Shown here: one piece after another, positions 41,253 through 51,459 of the stretch
How the letters are laid out: every line of letters begins with the position of its first letter
How positions within the stretch are numbered: position 1 is the first letter of the stretch
Assembly (NCBI GenBank): GCA_964614095.1
Contig: CAZTJO010000001.1
Location: forward strand, 68,574 to 132,573
Length of the DNA stretch: 64,000 nucleotides
Origin: an uncultured Acidimicrobiia bacterium
GTDB taxonomy: Bacteria; Actinomycetota; Acidimicrobiia; Spongiisociales; UBA11373
Direction of reading: 5' to 3'
Translations under genes and position numbers: made by a program
The notes under the pieces: model-generated
Seen by the model: the letters and a program-made list of their open reading frames with translations, nothing else
The model's database searches: none
Told to the model about the DNA's origin: nothing

Positions 41253-42776
41253 CTACGTCGTTCCGGTACCCGACTTGGCCACGTCGGCGAGGAACTCTGA
41301 ATTCGACTTGGTCTTCCTGAGCCGGTCAATGAGGAGTTCGAGACCCGCCGCCGGTTCTGCAAGCGCCAGAAGCACCCGGCGGAGCTTCCACACCTGCACC
41401 AGCTCGTTGGGCTCAAAGAGCAGTTCTTCCTTGCGGGTCCCCGACGCCTCGATGTCGATGGCCGGATAGACACGCTTGTCGGCAAGCTTGCGGTCGAGCC
41501 GCAACTCCATGTTCCCGGTGCCCTTGAACTCCTCGAAGATAACCTCATCCATACGCGAGCCGGTCTCGACGAGGGCTGTGCCCAAAATGGTGCAGCTGCC
41601 CCCTTCTTCGATGTTGCGCGCCGCGCCGAAAAAACGCTTCGGCGGGTACAGGGCGGTGGAGTCCACACCGCCGGACAGGATGCGGCCGCTGGCCGGGGTG
41701 GCCAGGTTATAGGCACGGGCCAGACGAGTGATCGAGTCGAGCAAGATCACAACATCGGTTCCCATCTCGACGAGGCGCTTGGCCCGCTCCAGGGCAAGCT
41801 CGGCAACCTGAGTGTGCTCCTCTGCAGGACGATCAAACGTTGAGTAGACCACCTCACCTTTCACCGAGCGCTGCATGTCGGTGACCTCTTCGGGGCGCTC
41901 GTCGACGAGCACCACGATGAGCTTGCACTCCGGATTGTTGTTGGAGATGGAGTTGGCAATCTCCTTGAGCACCGTGGTCTTGCCCGCCTTGGGCGGCGAC
42001 ACGATAAGGCCACGCTGGCCCTTGCCGATGGGCGCAATCAGATCAACGATACGAGCCAAAACGTGATTGGGCTGCCCGTCAACCTCGAGGTGGAGCCGCT
42101 CATCGGGGAAAAGCGGGGTGAGATCACCAAACTTGGGGCGCTTGCGCATCTCCTCCGCATCCGCGTTGTTCACACTCAGGATGCGGGTGAGGGCGGGGAA
42201 CTTCTCCTGGGACCGCGGTGGACGGATGGGGCCGCTGACCACGTCGCCCTTGCGCAGCCCGAACTTGCGGATCTGGCTGGCCGAGACGTACACGTCCTTC
42301 TCCCCGGGGAGATAGCCGGTGACCCTGAGGAATCCATACGATTCGGGAAGGATGTCGAGGATGCCCTCACGCACCTCGAGTTCCGACTCGTCGTACTCGC
42401 GCGGCCCGCCACCGCCGCTGCGGCGACGGCGCTTCCTCGCCTGGGCGTCGCCGCCGTAATCCCGGGCCTGCTGCTGAGACCTGGGCGGGGCCTTTGTGGT
42501 CCGAGTTTCGGCCTCCGCCTTCTCGGGATCACCCGAGTCGGCGTCGGCGGTATCGGCTTTGACCTTCCCGGCCTCGCCGTCGCCTGAGCGCACCTCTTCG
42601 ATGGCGGGCAGCTCGACCTGTTCCGGCTCGGCGCTCGCATCAAACCCGTCGGCGTCGAGAATGGCTGCGATGAGTTTCGACTTCTGCAACTTCCCGTGGT
42701 CCGCCACGTCGAGCCCGGCGGCAATGGCGCGCAGCTCGTCGAGGTTCTTCTCCTGGAGCTTGGATCTGCTCGTCAT
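41253..42776 (-). CDS. rho: Transcription termination factor Rho (with N-terminal insertion domain)
   Basis: N-terminal [13 protein letters not shown] Rho_N, Arg/Gly-rich insertion, RecA-like core [10 protein letters not shown]-terminal [13 protein letters not shown]. Confidence 0.95.
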   Translation of the reverse strand: MTSRSKLQEKNLDELRAIAAGLDVADHGKLQKSKLIAAILDADGFDASAEPEQVELPAIEEVRSGDGEAGKVKADTADADSGDPEKAEAETRTTKAPPRSQQQARDYGGDAQARKRRRRSGGGGPREYDESELEVREGILDILPESYGFLRVTGYLPGEKDVYVSASQIRKFGLRKGDVVSGPIRPPRSQEKFPALTRILSVNNADAEEMRKRPKFGDLTPLFPDERLHLEVDGQPNHVLARIVDLIAPIGKGQRGLIVSPPKAGKTTVLKEIANSISNNNPECKLIVVLVDERPEEVTDMQRSVKGEVVYSTFDRPAEEHTQVAELALERAKRLVEMGTDVVILLDSITRLARAYNLATPASGRILSGGVDSTALYPPKRFFGAARNIEEGGSCTILGTALVETGSRMDEVIFEEFKGTGNMELRLDRKLADKRVYPAIDIEASGTRKEELLFEPNELVQVWKLRRVLLALAEPAAGLELLIDRLRKTKSNSEFLADVAKSGTGTT

Positions 42777-42793
42777 ATGGTCCTTTCGGTGGC

Positions 42794-43450
42794 CTACTTC
42801 TGCAGCGTTTGCTGGTAGACCTCCCAGTCCTGATTGAACCGCTCGACCCCAATATCGGTGAGCGGGTGATTGAACAACTTCTCCATGACGGCGAACGGCA
42901 TGGTGGAGACATCGGCGCCGATCTTCGCCGCATCGACAACGTGCTGGGGATGTCTGAGGCTCGCCGCCAGCACCTCGGTGGCGTATCCCTGAACGGCGTA
43001 GATGTCGACGATCTCGCTCAGCAATGCGAGCCCGTCGCCGCCGACGTCATCAATCCTTCCCAGGAATGGAGACACGAAGGTGGCGCCGATGTTGGCGGCA
43101 AGCAGCGCCTGGGCCGGTGAGAAGACGAGGGTCACGTTGATGGGAATGCCCATCTCGGTCAGCTTGGCTCCGGCGGCGACTCCCTCCCGGGTGAGAGGCA
43201 CCTTGATGACCACGTTGTCGGCGATCTTCACGAGTTCCTGTGCCTGGGCCACCATCTCATCGCGGCCCTCGGCCACGACCTCGGCCGACACCGGTCCGGG
43301 AGTGATGTCGGCTATCGCTCTGACGAGGTCGTTGAAGGCAAGGCCCTCTTTGGCGGCGAGCGAGGGATTGGTGGTAATCCCGTCCAGCACGCCCCAGTCG
43401 TGAGCGGTCTGGATGTCGGCCAAGTGGGCCGTGTCGAGGAACAGTCTCAT
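42794..43450 (-). CDS. tal: Transaldolase / fructose-6-phosphate aldolase family (short, type 3B)
   Basis: [13 protein letters not shown]...GITTNPSL...VIKVP...NVTLVFS...[11 protein letters not shown] motifs. 218 aa. GGAGG Shine-Dalgarno 5 nt upstream of the ATG at 43450. Confidence 0.85.
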   Translation of the reverse strand: MRLFLDTAHLADIQTAHDWGVLDGITTNPSLAAKEGLAFNDLVRAIADITPGPVSAEVVAEGRDEMVAQAQELVKIADNVVIKVPLTREGVAAGAKLTEMGIPINVTLVFSPAQALLAANIGATFVSPFLGRIDDVGGDGLALLSEIVDIYAVQGYATEVLAASLRHPQHVVDAAKIGADVSTMPFAVMEKLFNHPLTDIGVERFNQDWEVYQQTLQK

Positions 43451-43635
43451 AGTGCCTCCATGAACCGGGAGCTGCTGTACCCGTCGAGCCGGCGCATGCA
43501 CGCGACGGAGGCCGGCGCTTGTCGGGAAACGTGGGGTCGAAGACCCGGCGGTGATTGTAGAACGTTCGGCGACGAGAGCCAAGGCGCGTCGCCAAATTCC
43601 GATACCCGGCCGGAGTTGCGGCGCGGCCGCTGCCC

Positions 43636-45105
43636 CTATCCGGAGCCTATCGGCTCGTATACGAGATAGACCTCGGCGTCTCTCCAGCCCTGCTTGAGCA
43701 CAAAGAGCAGGTCTTCGGCCTCGGCGATGTAGGCCTCGCGCAGATCGCCTTCCGGCTGCCGGCGGTCGGCTTCGACAAGAAGCATGTACACGACGTCGTC
43801 CCCAGGTTCGGGCAGAACCAGGTCGCTGGTGTTGAACCCCCGGGTACTGCAGCCCGAATACCAGCTCACCTGTGCCACCCGATTGGTCATCACCAGGCAA
43901 TCCCGGCCCCCGGCATCCTCTGATATCTGCAGGGCAGCGCGGCGCATCACCGAAAGCGCCTTGTTGTCGTCGCGGTTGCGTTCACGCCCGAAATCGGTGC
44001 CCCCGGCCACCAGCACAAGAACAAGCGCCACCGCCACTGCAGGGCGGCCCAGCGGCGGTAAGGCTTCGGCGGCAAGAGCCAAACCCGGGGCCGCGGCAAC
44101 CCACAACCAGGGCAGTACCGGCGACAGATAGCGAACCTCACCGTGCAGCACGGTGGCGATGACGAGAAACATGACGAGCCCGATGCCGGCCGAGGTGAAA
44201 AAGGCGCCGGCATCAATGTCCCCGCGCCGCGCCCAGAGAATGGCGACAACGATTCCGATGACGGCGATGACGATCGCCGCCGATCCAATGAGGTCCCTGC
44301 TCTCGCCCAGATAATCGGCGAAGCCCTGAAACCAGGATCGGATCCGAGACACCCTTGCCGAGAATGGCGATACATCGGAGCCGGTGAGCCAAGGCAAAAA
44401 CAGAACCGCAGCCACCCCGGAGAAGCTCAGCACGCCGGCAATGCCAACGGGCAGCAAGCTGCGGAGAATGGTTCGGCGGCGCCATATGGCGATGCCGACA
44501 AAACCCACAAACATCGGCAGGATCGCTCCGAAGCGTAGGAAGGTGGCCGAAATCACCAGCACCGGCACCGTCAGCACCCACCACGACGCCCGCCGCCCGT
44601 GGGTGGCGAACACAAACACGGCGAGAGCGGTGAAGCCAACCGCGGCACCGGGCACATCGGGCCAGAACTGAGTCGTCGCGCCCAGCAGAGCCGGAGTCAG
44701 GGCCAGACCACCGGCGGCGATGACGCCGGCCCGCCGGCCGAAGAGGCGCCGGGCCAGAGCCCAGGTTGAGAGCACGAGCAGGAGGCCGAACCCGACGACC
44801 ACCATTCGCAGGTACGGCACCGTGGGGCCGTTGATCCAGAACAGATGGGCCACCCAGGGCAGGCCGGGAGCCCGGTAGCTCTGCCAGTAGTTGCCCGCGG
44901 GAACGCCTTCGTGGAAGGCTTGGGCGCGGAGCGCATACACCGACTCGTCCCAGCCCAGGGGAGCACCGAAACGCACGATGAGCGTGGCGACCAGAAGGAA
45001 CGCCACCAGGACGAGGCCCAAGCCCCACCACTCCCAGCGCTCAAGGCGTCCACCGATGGAGAACCTGTGATCATCGGCCGTGGTCATGCCGGGCGATGTT
45101 ATCAA
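43636..45105 (-). CDS. Polytopic membrane glycosyltransferase, PMT/ArnT-like (GT39/GT83 family)
   Basis: 489 aa, about 11 transmembrane segments, N-terminal loop with a conserved D/E (GWDESVY), C-terminal soluble domain. Confidence 0.55.
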   Translation of the reverse strand: MITSPGMTTADDHRFSIGGRLERWEWWGLGLVLVAFLLVATLIVRFGAPLGWDESVYALRAQAFHEGVPAGNYWQSYRAPGLPWVAHLFWINGPTVPYLRMVVVGFGLLLVLSTWALARRLFGRRAGVIAAGGLALTPALLGATTQFWPDVPGAAVGFTALAVFVFATHGRRASWWVLTVPVLVISATFLRFGAILPMFVGFVGIAIWRRRTILRSLLPVGIAGVLSFSGVAAVLFLPWLTGSDVSPFSARVSRIRSWFQGFADYLGESRDLIGSAAIVIAVIGIVVAILWARRGDIDAGAFFTSAGIGLVMFLVIATVLHGEVRYLSPVLPWLWVAAAPGLALAAEALPPLGRPAVAVALVLVLVAGGTDFGRERNRDDNKALSVMRRAALQISEDAGGRDCLVMTNRVAQVSWYSGCSTRGFNTSDLVLPEPGDDVVYMLLVEADRRQPEGDLREAYIAEAEDLLFVLKQGWRDAEVYLVYEPIGSG

Positions 45106-45114
45106 TCGGCGCCT

Positions 45115-46140
45115 CTACCAGCCGAGCCAGGCAGCCAGAGCGGCAATCGATGCCTCGATGACCTCGACATCGGGAAAGCCAAGGAGAGCCGTCTCTGGAT
45201 CCTTGAGGCCGTGCCCGGTGAGCGTGCACACCACGTTCCCTGGGGGCAGGCGCTCGGCGAAGGCGACAACGCCGGCCACCGATGCCGCAGAGGCTGGCTC
45301 GGCGAAGACACCTTCCTCTTCGGCCAGGAACCGGTAGGCGGCAAGGATCTGCTCGTCGCTGACCGCCTCGATGATGCCTTCCGATTCGTCACGCGCCGCC
45401 ACCGCCCCGTCCCACGAGGCCGGAGAGCCGATACGAATCGCGGTGGCGATGGTCTCCGGGTCCAGCACCGGCTCGCCGCGCACGATGGGAGCGGCGCCCT
45501 CGGCTTGAAAACCCCACATGCGGGGCCGCGCCCCCACGGCCTGGTAACCCTTCCAGTAGGCGGTGATGTTGCCGGCATTGCCGACGGGCAGCGCGTGCAC
45601 CGCGGGCGGGCCGCCCAAAACGTCGACGATCTCCCAGGCCGCGGTCTGCTGGCCATCGATGCGGTACGGATTGAGCGAGTTCACCAGCACAGCGTCGTAG
45701 TCGGCGGTGAATTTGCGAATCACTTCGAGAGCGGCATCGAAGGCCCCCCCGACGGCTACCACCCGGGCGCCGTGGCGTATCGCCTGGGCCAGCTTGCCCA
45801 GGGCGACGGCGCCGGCGGGCAGCACCACAATGCACTCCAGGCCGGCTCGAGCAGCATAGGCGGCAGCCGCAGCCGAGGTGTTGCCGGTCGAGGCACATGC
45901 CACCGCTCGCGCCCCTTCCTCCAGCGCCTTGGAGACGGCCAGAGTCATGCCCCGATCCTTGAAGGATCCCGTGGGATTGACCCCGTCGTACTTGAGGAGC
46001 ACTTCCCGGCCCACACGTTCGGAGAGCCTCGGCGCCGGTATCAGGGGGGTGTTGCCCTCCAGCAGCGTGATCACCGGGGTGGTATCGCTCACGGGAAGAC
46101 GGTCTCGGTACGCCTCGATAAGCCCGGGCCAGGCGTTCAC
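45115..46140 (-). CDS. thrC: Threonine synthase
   Basis: [14 protein letters not shown]-Lys motif and fold-type II PLP enzyme. 341 aa. Confidence 0.9.
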   Translation of the reverse strand: MNAWPGLIEAYRDRLPVSDTTPVITLLEGNTPLIPAPRLSERVGREVLLKYDGVNPTGSFKDRGMTLAVSKALEEGARAVACASTGNTSAAAAAYAARAGLECIVVLPAGAVALGKLAQAIRHGARVVAVGGAFDAALEVIRKFTADYDAVLVNSLNPYRIDGQQTAAWEIVDVLGGPPAVHALPVGNAGNITAYWKGYQAVGARPRMWGFQAEGAAPIVRGEPVLDPETIATAIRIGSPASWDGAVAARDESEGIIEAVSDEQILAAYRFLAEEEGVFAEPASAASVAGVVAFAERLPPGNVVCTLTGHGLKDPETALLGFPDVEVIEASIAALAAWLGW

Positions 46141-47423
46141 TCTTCCTCGCTCTCCACCCGGATCGCGGCCGCCACCTCTCGAACCACGTCCAGTTGTTCC
46201 AGCGTGGCCGCGGCGGCGCGCTGCTGCCGCTCGGCGGCGGCATGTGTGATCAGCAGGAGAGTGGCCCAGTCGCCACGGCCCTCCTGCCAGACCGACTTGA
46301 TGCTGACCCCGGCATCGCCAAACACTGTGGCGATCTGGGCCAGCACGCCGGGCTGATCGGTCACCTCGAGCCGGAGGTACCAGCTGGTCGGCACCTCGGC
46401 AAAATTCACCACGGAACCCGGGGCAAAACGGATTCTCGGCGCCACCTGCGAGCCGGAAAGAAGCTCACGGGCCGCGTCGATGACGTCGCCGAGCACTGCC
46501 GTTGCGGTGGGCTCGGCCCCGGCGCCGGGGCCTGAGAACAACAGCTCCCCCACCGAGGGTCCCTCGATGAAGATGGCATTGGTGGCACCCCGAATCGACG
46601 CCAGCGGGTGGCCGACGGGCACCAGGGCCGGGTGCACCCGGGCGCTCACCCCGCCTTCGCTGCGTTCGGCGATGGCGAGCAGCTTGACCGCGTAGCCGAG
46701 ATCGGTGGCATGACGAAGATCCACAACATCAAAATCTTCGATGCCTTCCCGGTACACGTTTTCCGGCCCCACCCAGGTGCCAAAGGCGAGGCTGCCGAGT
46801 ATCGATGCCTTCGAGGCCGCGTCGGCGCCGGAGACGTCGTCGGTGGGATCGGGCTCGGCGTAGCCGAGTGCCTGGGCTTCACCGAGCGCGTCCTGGTAGC
46901 TCTGACCGGCCTCGGACATTTTGGTGAGTATGTAGTTGGTGGTGCCGTTGACGATCCCCATCACCTTGCCCACCGGCTCGCCGGCAAGGGTCTCGGCAAG
47001 AGGGCGGATGATGGGAATGCCCCCGCCGACGGCGGCTTCGAACAGCAGCGGCACGCCGGAGCGCGCGGCTGCGGCAAAAAGAGCCGGGCCATCGGCGGCG
47101 ATCAGCTCTTTGTTGGCGGTCACCACCGGCTTTCCGGCCTCCAGGGCGGCCAGCACGAGATCCCCTGCCGGGTGCCGGCCTCCCATCAGCTCGACGACCA
47201 GATCGATGGCCGGATCACCGACCACCTCCTCGGGCCGATCGGTCAAGACTCCTTTGGGCACGCTGAAGTCGCGCTTCTTGGAGAGCGACCGCACCGCCAC
47301 CCGCCGCACCTCGAGTTCGAGCCCGGTCTTGGCGGCCACGGCGTTGTCCTCTTGAGTGAGACGGCGAACCACCGTGCCGCCGACCGTGCCTGCGCCGAGC
47401 AACCCAATTCCGATTGCCATCAC
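46137..47423 (-). CDS. hom: Homoserine dehydrogenase (with C-terminal ACT domain)
   Basis: [22 protein letters not shown]-binding region, catalytic region, C-terminal ACT. Confidence 0.9.
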   Translation of the reverse strand: MMAIGIGLLGAGTVGGTVVRRLTQEDNAVAAKTGLELEVRRVAVRSLSKKRDFSVPKGVLTDRPEEVVGDPAIDLVVELMGGRHPAGDLVLAALEAGKPVVTANKELIAADGPALFAAAARSGVPLLFEAAVGGGIPIIRPLAETLAGEPVGKVMGIVNGTTNYILTKMSEAGQSYQDALGEAQALGYAEPDPTDDVSGADAASKASILGSLAFGTWVGPENVYREGIEDFDVVDLRHATDLGYAVKLLAIAERSEGGVSARVHPALVPVGHPLASIRGATNAIFIEGPSVGELLFSGPGAGAEPTATAVLGDVIDAARELLSGSQVAPRIRFAPGSVVNFAEVPTSWYLRLEVTDQPGVLAQIATVFGDAGVSIKSVWQEGRGDWATLLLITHAAAERQQRAAAATLEQLDVVREVAAAIRVESEEE

Positions 47424-47511
47424 TCCTCCTGCGCCGATGCTACCGGGCCGGGCCGGGCCCCCAATCGCATCTCGTCCCAGAGCCCGGCGCCACCGCCGGT
47501 AGCCGCCTCGG

Positions 47512-49176
47512 CTACATACGCTCCGGGGCCGAGAGGCCCAGGATGCCGAGCACGGCGAGGATCACGCTCTTGGCCGCTTCCACCAGCCAGAGACGGGCCT
47601 GGGTCAGCTCCGGATCGTCGGTCACGATGCGGCAGTCGGTGTAGAAGCGGTGGAACGCCGTGGCCACCTCCTGGCCGTAGGCGGCGATGCGGTGAGGCGC
47701 CCGATGCAACGCCGCGTCGGCCACCACCTCACGGAGGCGGTCGGCCTGTTTGAGGACCTCGATCTCGGCGGGATCGGTCAGCAGCTCCAGGTCGACCACA
47801 TCAAGCTCTCTCCGGACCACCCCCTGCTCAACGGCAAAACCTTCGAGGCTGCACATGCGGGCGTGGGCGTACTGCAGGTAATAAACCGGGTTGTCCATGC
47901 TCTGGCGTTTCGCCTCTTCGAGATCGAAGTTGATGGTGGTGTCGGGGCTCACCGCAGCCAGGAAGTAACGGGCGGCGTCGGCGCCGACCTCTTCGATGAT
48001 GTCGCGCATCGTGATGAACTCGCCCGCTCGCATCGACATGCGTGCCGGTTCACCGGCCCGGAACAGGTTCACCATCTGGGTGATGACGATCTCGAGACGA
48101 TCGGGATCAAATCCCAAGGCGGCCACTGCGGCCTTGAGCCGAGCAATGTAGCCATGGTGGTCGGCGCCCCACACGTTGATGAGCCGGTCGAAACCGCGCC
48201 CGAATTTGTCGAGGTGATAGGCCACGTCGGGAGCCAGGTAGGTGTAGCTGCCGTCGGATTTGACCAGAACCCGGTCCACTTCGTCGCCGAACTCGGTAGT
48301 ACGAAACCACACCGCCCCGTCATGGCGATACACGTGCCCTCGTTTGTCGATCAGCTTCAGCGCAGCCTCGACCTCACCCTTACGATGCAGCTCGGTCTCG
48401 CTCACCCAGGTGTCGAAGGGGATGTGGGCCAGCTCCAGCGTCTCCTCGATGTCTCGCATCGCCCGCTGCAGGCCCCAGGCGCGGATCTCATCGCGCCGCT
48501 GCTCCTCAGGCAAGTCGGCAAGATTCTCCCCCACCTCGGCGGCCAGCTCGCTGGCCCACTCTTCGATGTAGCGGCCCTGGTACCCGTCTTCGGGCATGGT
48601 TGCCTCACGCCCGAGCGCCTGCAGGTATTTGGCCGCGAGGCTGGCCGCATACCGGTCCATTTGCACCCCGGCGTCGTTGTAGTAGTACTCCCGCTCGACT
48701 TCGTGCCCGGCGTAGGCGAGCAGGCGACACAGCACGTCGCCGTAGACCCCCCCCCGGCCGTGCCCGATGTGCAGCGGTCCGTTGGGGTTCGACGACACGA
48801 ACTCCACCTGGATGCGCTCGGCCGGTCCAGCTTCGCCCGAGACGTGATTGGGGCCTCCTGCGGCGGCGCGGCGCAGCACCTCCAGGTACCAGCTGCGACC
48901 CAGGGTGAAGTTCACAAAGCCGGGCCCGGCCACATCGACGGCTTCCAGGTACGGGATCTCGGGCAGGTGGCGCACGATGATCTCGGCCACTTGGCGCGGC
49001 GCCATCTGCGCCGGTTTTGCCGCCAAAAGAGCAGTGTTGGCGGCCCAGTCGCCGTAGCTCCGATCTCGGGGCCGCTCGACCACGAAGTCGATCCGGCCCA
49101 GGTCGGACAGGTCGCCTGCAGCAGCTGCCGCCGCCAGCGCCGTGTCCACCGCTTGGTAGAGAGTCTCAGGAAACAT
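47512..49176 (-). CDS. argS: Arginine--tRNA ligase
   Basis: HIGHGRGGVYGD (HIGH) and class I core. Start at the ATG at 49176 (alternative TTG at 49227). Confidence 0.9.
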   Translation of the reverse strand: MFPETLYQAVDTALAAAAAAGDLSDLGRIDFVVERPRDRSYGDWAANTALLAAKPAQMAPRQVAEIIVRHLPEIPYLEAVDVAGPGFVNFTLGRSWYLEVLRRAAAGGPNHVSGEAGPAERIQVEFVSSNPNGPLHIGHGRGGVYGDVLCRLLAYAGHEVEREYYYNDAGVQMDRYAASLAAKYLQALGREATMPEDGYQGRYIEEWASELAAEVGENLADLPEEQRRDEIRAWGLQRAMRDIEETLELAHIPFDTWVSETELHRKGEVEAALKLIDKRGHVYRHDGAVWFRTTEFGDEVDRVLVKSDGSYTYLAPDVAYHLDKFGRGFDRLINVWGADHHGYIARLKAAVAALGFDPDRLEIVITQMVNLFRAGEPARMSMRAGEFITMRDIIEEVGADAARYFLAAVSPDTTINFDLEEAKRQSMDNPVYYLQYAHARMCSLEGFAVEQGVVRRELDVVDLELLTDPAEIEVLKQADRLREVVADAALHRAPHRIAAYGQEVATAFHRFYTDCRIVTDDPELTQARLWLVEAAKSVILAVLGILGLSAPERM

Positions 49177-49236
49177 CTTCGGCGCCGCATCGTAGCCCCA
49201 GGGCCAGGCGAGATGGCCTTGATACAATCAACGGCG

Positions 49237-49308
49237 GCCCTCGTAGCTCAGGGGATAGAGCACCGGCCTCCGGAGCCGGGTGCGCAGGTTCGAATCCTGC
49301 CGAGGGCG
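49237..49308 (+). tRNA. tRNA-Arg (anticodon CCG)
   Basis: Manual fold. Acceptor GCCCTCG/CGAGGGC. D-arm GCTC-AGGGGATA-GAGC. Anticodon stem CCGGC/GCCGG with loop cuCCGga. T-arm GCAGG-TTCGAAT-CCTGC. Discriminator G. CCA not encoded. Confidence 0.75.
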
Positions 49309-49318
49309 CGGGAGAGAA

Positions 49319-49367
49319 GGAATCCAGAATTCCGCATCGGTCCAGCGCGACTCTGAACTCTGGATCC
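49319..49367. terminator. Imperfect inverted repeat between tRNA-Arg and a convergent CPBP gene (putative bidirectional terminator)
   Basis: GGAATCCAGAATTC ... GAACTCTGGATCC arms of about 13 bp (1 indel) with a 22-nt spacer, followed by a T-rich stretch (ctcttctc). Confidence 0.3.
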
Positions 49368-49377
49368 TGGACTCTTC

Positions 49378-50265
49378 TCAAAACACCGCCCGCACCATCT
49401 TCCCGAACCCGATCTCGTGGCCTATGGCGAACAGGTCCATGGTCATGGCCACCGACCAGTGCAGGGCGGCGCCCCAGAGGAACGAGCGCGAACGCAACGC
49501 CAGATAGCCGAGCAGGAAACCGGCCACGATGGCGGCAAACGTCTCGGGAGCGGGTTTTCCGAAATGGATCATCACGTAGGGCACCACCATGACCGGGATG
49601 GCGTAGTAGCCGAGGCGGGGAAAGAGCCCGAAGAGCAGGAAGCCGCGGAAGAAGGCCTCGACGCCGAGAAACTGGAGCCCGTAAAAGAGCTCGAACCCCC
49701 AGTAGTGCCAGCCCCCGGCCACCGCACCCGCGTAGAAGGGGTACTTGGCCTGGAACGACGGGAAGGCGGAGACCCACAACAGAATCGGCACCATCACCGC
49801 GTAGAACACGACGTAGGGGCGGATATGGCGCCACTGCCCTTTGATCCGGTAACCCCAGTCCCGCGGTGACTCGCGCAGGGCCAGGATGATGAGGAGCGGC
49901 ACCAGAACCCTGAAAAGGACCGACGAGATCCCCCAGTACTGGTAGGGCAGCAGGTTGTAGTACTGGGCATAATCGTCGCCGAGGGCATCGGCAACCCGCC
50001 GGTGCAGCCACGAATCCTCGAACACCCCGGCGATGCCCCAGTACTCGAAGACGATCAGCAGCACCGTTGCCGAAACCAGCACCACAAGGGCGCGCCGCTC
50101 CAGAGCCGGCGCCTCCTGGGGCGGCGGCAGCAAGGGGGCTTCGGTCTCGGCTGCCACGAAGTGCTCTCCGGACGGGTCCGTAAACGCTAGCCGAACCGCC
50201 TCCGACGGCTCCAAACGAACGTCAGCCCGGTATGGAACGAACCGGCAAAGGCGCATGCGGACCAC
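49378..50265 (-). CDS. CPBP family intramembrane glutamic endopeptidase (CAAX protease/Abi-like)
   Basis: EEAFFRGFLL motif (VEAFFRGFLLFGL), FxxxH (ALHWSV), polytopic. Start uncertain. Confidence 0.65.
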   Translation of the reverse strand: MVRMRLCRFVPYRADVRLEPSEAVRLAFTDPSGEHFVAAETEAPLLPPPQEAPALERRALVVLVSATVLLIVFEYWGIAGVFEDSWLHRRVADALGDDYAQYYNLLPYQYWGISSVLFRVLVPLLIILALRESPRDWGYRIKGQWRHIRPYVVFYAVMVPILLWVSAFPSFQAKYPFYAGAVAGGWHYWGFELFYGLQFLGVEAFFRGFLLFGLFPRLGYYAIPVMVVPYVMIHFGKPAPETFAAIVAGFLLGYLALRSRSFLWGAALHWSVAMTMDLFAIGHEIGFGKMVRAVF

Positions 50266-50282
50266 CTGGAACGGCCCCGCTG

Positions 50283-50744
50283 TCAGTCGGCCCCAAGTTC
50301 CTCGCGCACGATGCGGGCCACCACGGCGCCGTCGAGGCCTTCAGTGCCGGATTTCATTACATGGCCGGTGACCCGGCCAGCCATCTTCGGGTCGCTGGCG
50401 GCGAGCTCGGCGATGGCGGCACGCACGAGCACCCGGGTCTCTTCGTCGGTCAAGGCCTCGGGCAGCCAGCGCGCCAGGTAATCGATCTCGAAAGCGAGCT
50501 TTGTGGAGTGCGCCCGGCCCGGTTCCCCGAGCTCGTCGAACTCCTGGCGCGCCTTCTCCATCTTCTTGACGAACGCGCCGATGACGCGCACGTAGAGATC
50601 ATCGTCGATCTCGCCCTTGAAACCGGGTTCGGCACGCGCCACCGAGACCTCGGTCTTCACCTGCCGAATCACATCCATACGACGTCTGTCGTGCTGGCGC
50701 TGGGCATCTTCCAGCTCGGCATTCAGTTCTTCATGTATCGACAT
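50283..50744 (-). CDS. GatB/YqeY domain-containing protein
   Basis: 153 aa, YqeY-like helical protein (LEDAQRQHDRRRMDVIRQVKTEV...). Confidence 0.6.
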   Translation of the reverse strand: MSIHEELNAELEDAQRQHDRRRMDVIRQVKTEVSVARAEPGFKGEIDDDLYVRVIGAFVKKMEKARQEFDELGEPGRAHSTKLAFEIDYLARWLPEALTDEETRVLVRAAIAELAASDPKMAGRVTGHVMKSGTEGLDGAVVARIVREELGAD

Positions 50745-50854
50745 CGAGCAGAGAGTACAACGGTGCCGATCGAGCCGGAAAGACCCGGCGTCCTCCGGCC
50801 TGCAGAAACCACTTGACCCGCCCAGTAGCAGAGCCTATCTTTTCACGGACTGCT

Positions 50855-50870
50855 TGTGAATACGTTCACA
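50855..50870. promoter_or_regulatory. Perfect CRP/FNR-family palindrome TGTGA-N6-TCACA about 37 bp upstream of whiB
   Basis: TGTGAATACGTTCACA read directly from the sequence in a lower-GC intergenic region. Confidence 0.6.
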
Positions 50871-50906
50871 TTCGCAAGCCTGATATGAGAGTGAGACAAC
50901 GGAAAT

Positions 50907-51173
50907 ATGCTGACGATCACCGATTGGCGCGAAATCGCCGCCTGTCGTGATTCCGAGCCGAACCTGTTCTTCCCGATCGGCACTACGGGACCGGCCATCG
51001 ACCAGATCGAGATTGCCAAGACGATCTGCATCGATTGTTCGGTCCGTGAGGAGTGCCTCAACTACGCCCTGGCCACCAATCAGGAGGCCGGGGTCTGGGG
51101 TGGGTACGCCGAGGATGAGCGTCGCCGGTTGCGCAAGCGCTGGCTCGCAGAGCGTCGCCGTCGTGCCAGCTGA
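50907..51173 (+). CDS. whiB: WhiB family transcriptional regulator (WhiB1-like, 4Fe-4S)
   Basis: 88 aa with four Cys (C-x(n)-C-x2-C-x5-C: AACRDSEP...CIDCSVREEC) and a C-terminal G[VI]WGG turn plus basic tail. Confidence 0.85.
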   Translation: MLTITDWREIAACRDSEPNLFFPIGTTGPAIDQIEIAKTICIDCSVREECLNYALATNQEAGVWGGYAEDERRRLRKRWLAERRRRAS

Positions 51174-51222
51174 TTGACCGTGTCCGCCAATGTTTCGGGG
51201 CCCGCACCTGCGGGCCCCGAAC

Positions 51223-51447
51223 TCATTCTCTGCCGAACCCGATCCGTTTGTCTCGATCCGGCTCCACCTCGCAGAACACGATCTTGTCGACGACCAGGCC
51301 GTATCGTCTCCCATCCAGCTCGGTGATCCACAACACTTGCTTGGATTCGGCGAGCGCTGCCTCGAATGCGGAAATGACCTCTTCGCCGTCTTCGACCTCC
51401 AGGTCGAGCTCTCGCGGCACGAAACTCATGCCGATCTTCACCCGCAC
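51223..51447 (-). CDS. DUF3107-like small protein
   Basis: 74 aa, VRVKIGMSFVPRELDLEVEDGEEVISAFEAAL... typical of the actinobacterial DUF3107 family. Confidence 0.55.
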   Translation of the reverse strand: MRVKIGMSFVPRELDLEVEDGEEVISAFEAALAESKQVLWITELDGRRYGLVVDKIVFCEVEPDRDKRIGFGRE

Positions 51448-51459
51448 CCTCTGTACCTC

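Noticed and set aside
40925-41716. 263-aa ORF suggesting a large protein ending in an L31 domain
   Set aside because: Upstream 160 aa are Pro/Arg/Ser low-complexity. The L31 signature starts at the GTG at 41227, which has a GAGGAG RBS.
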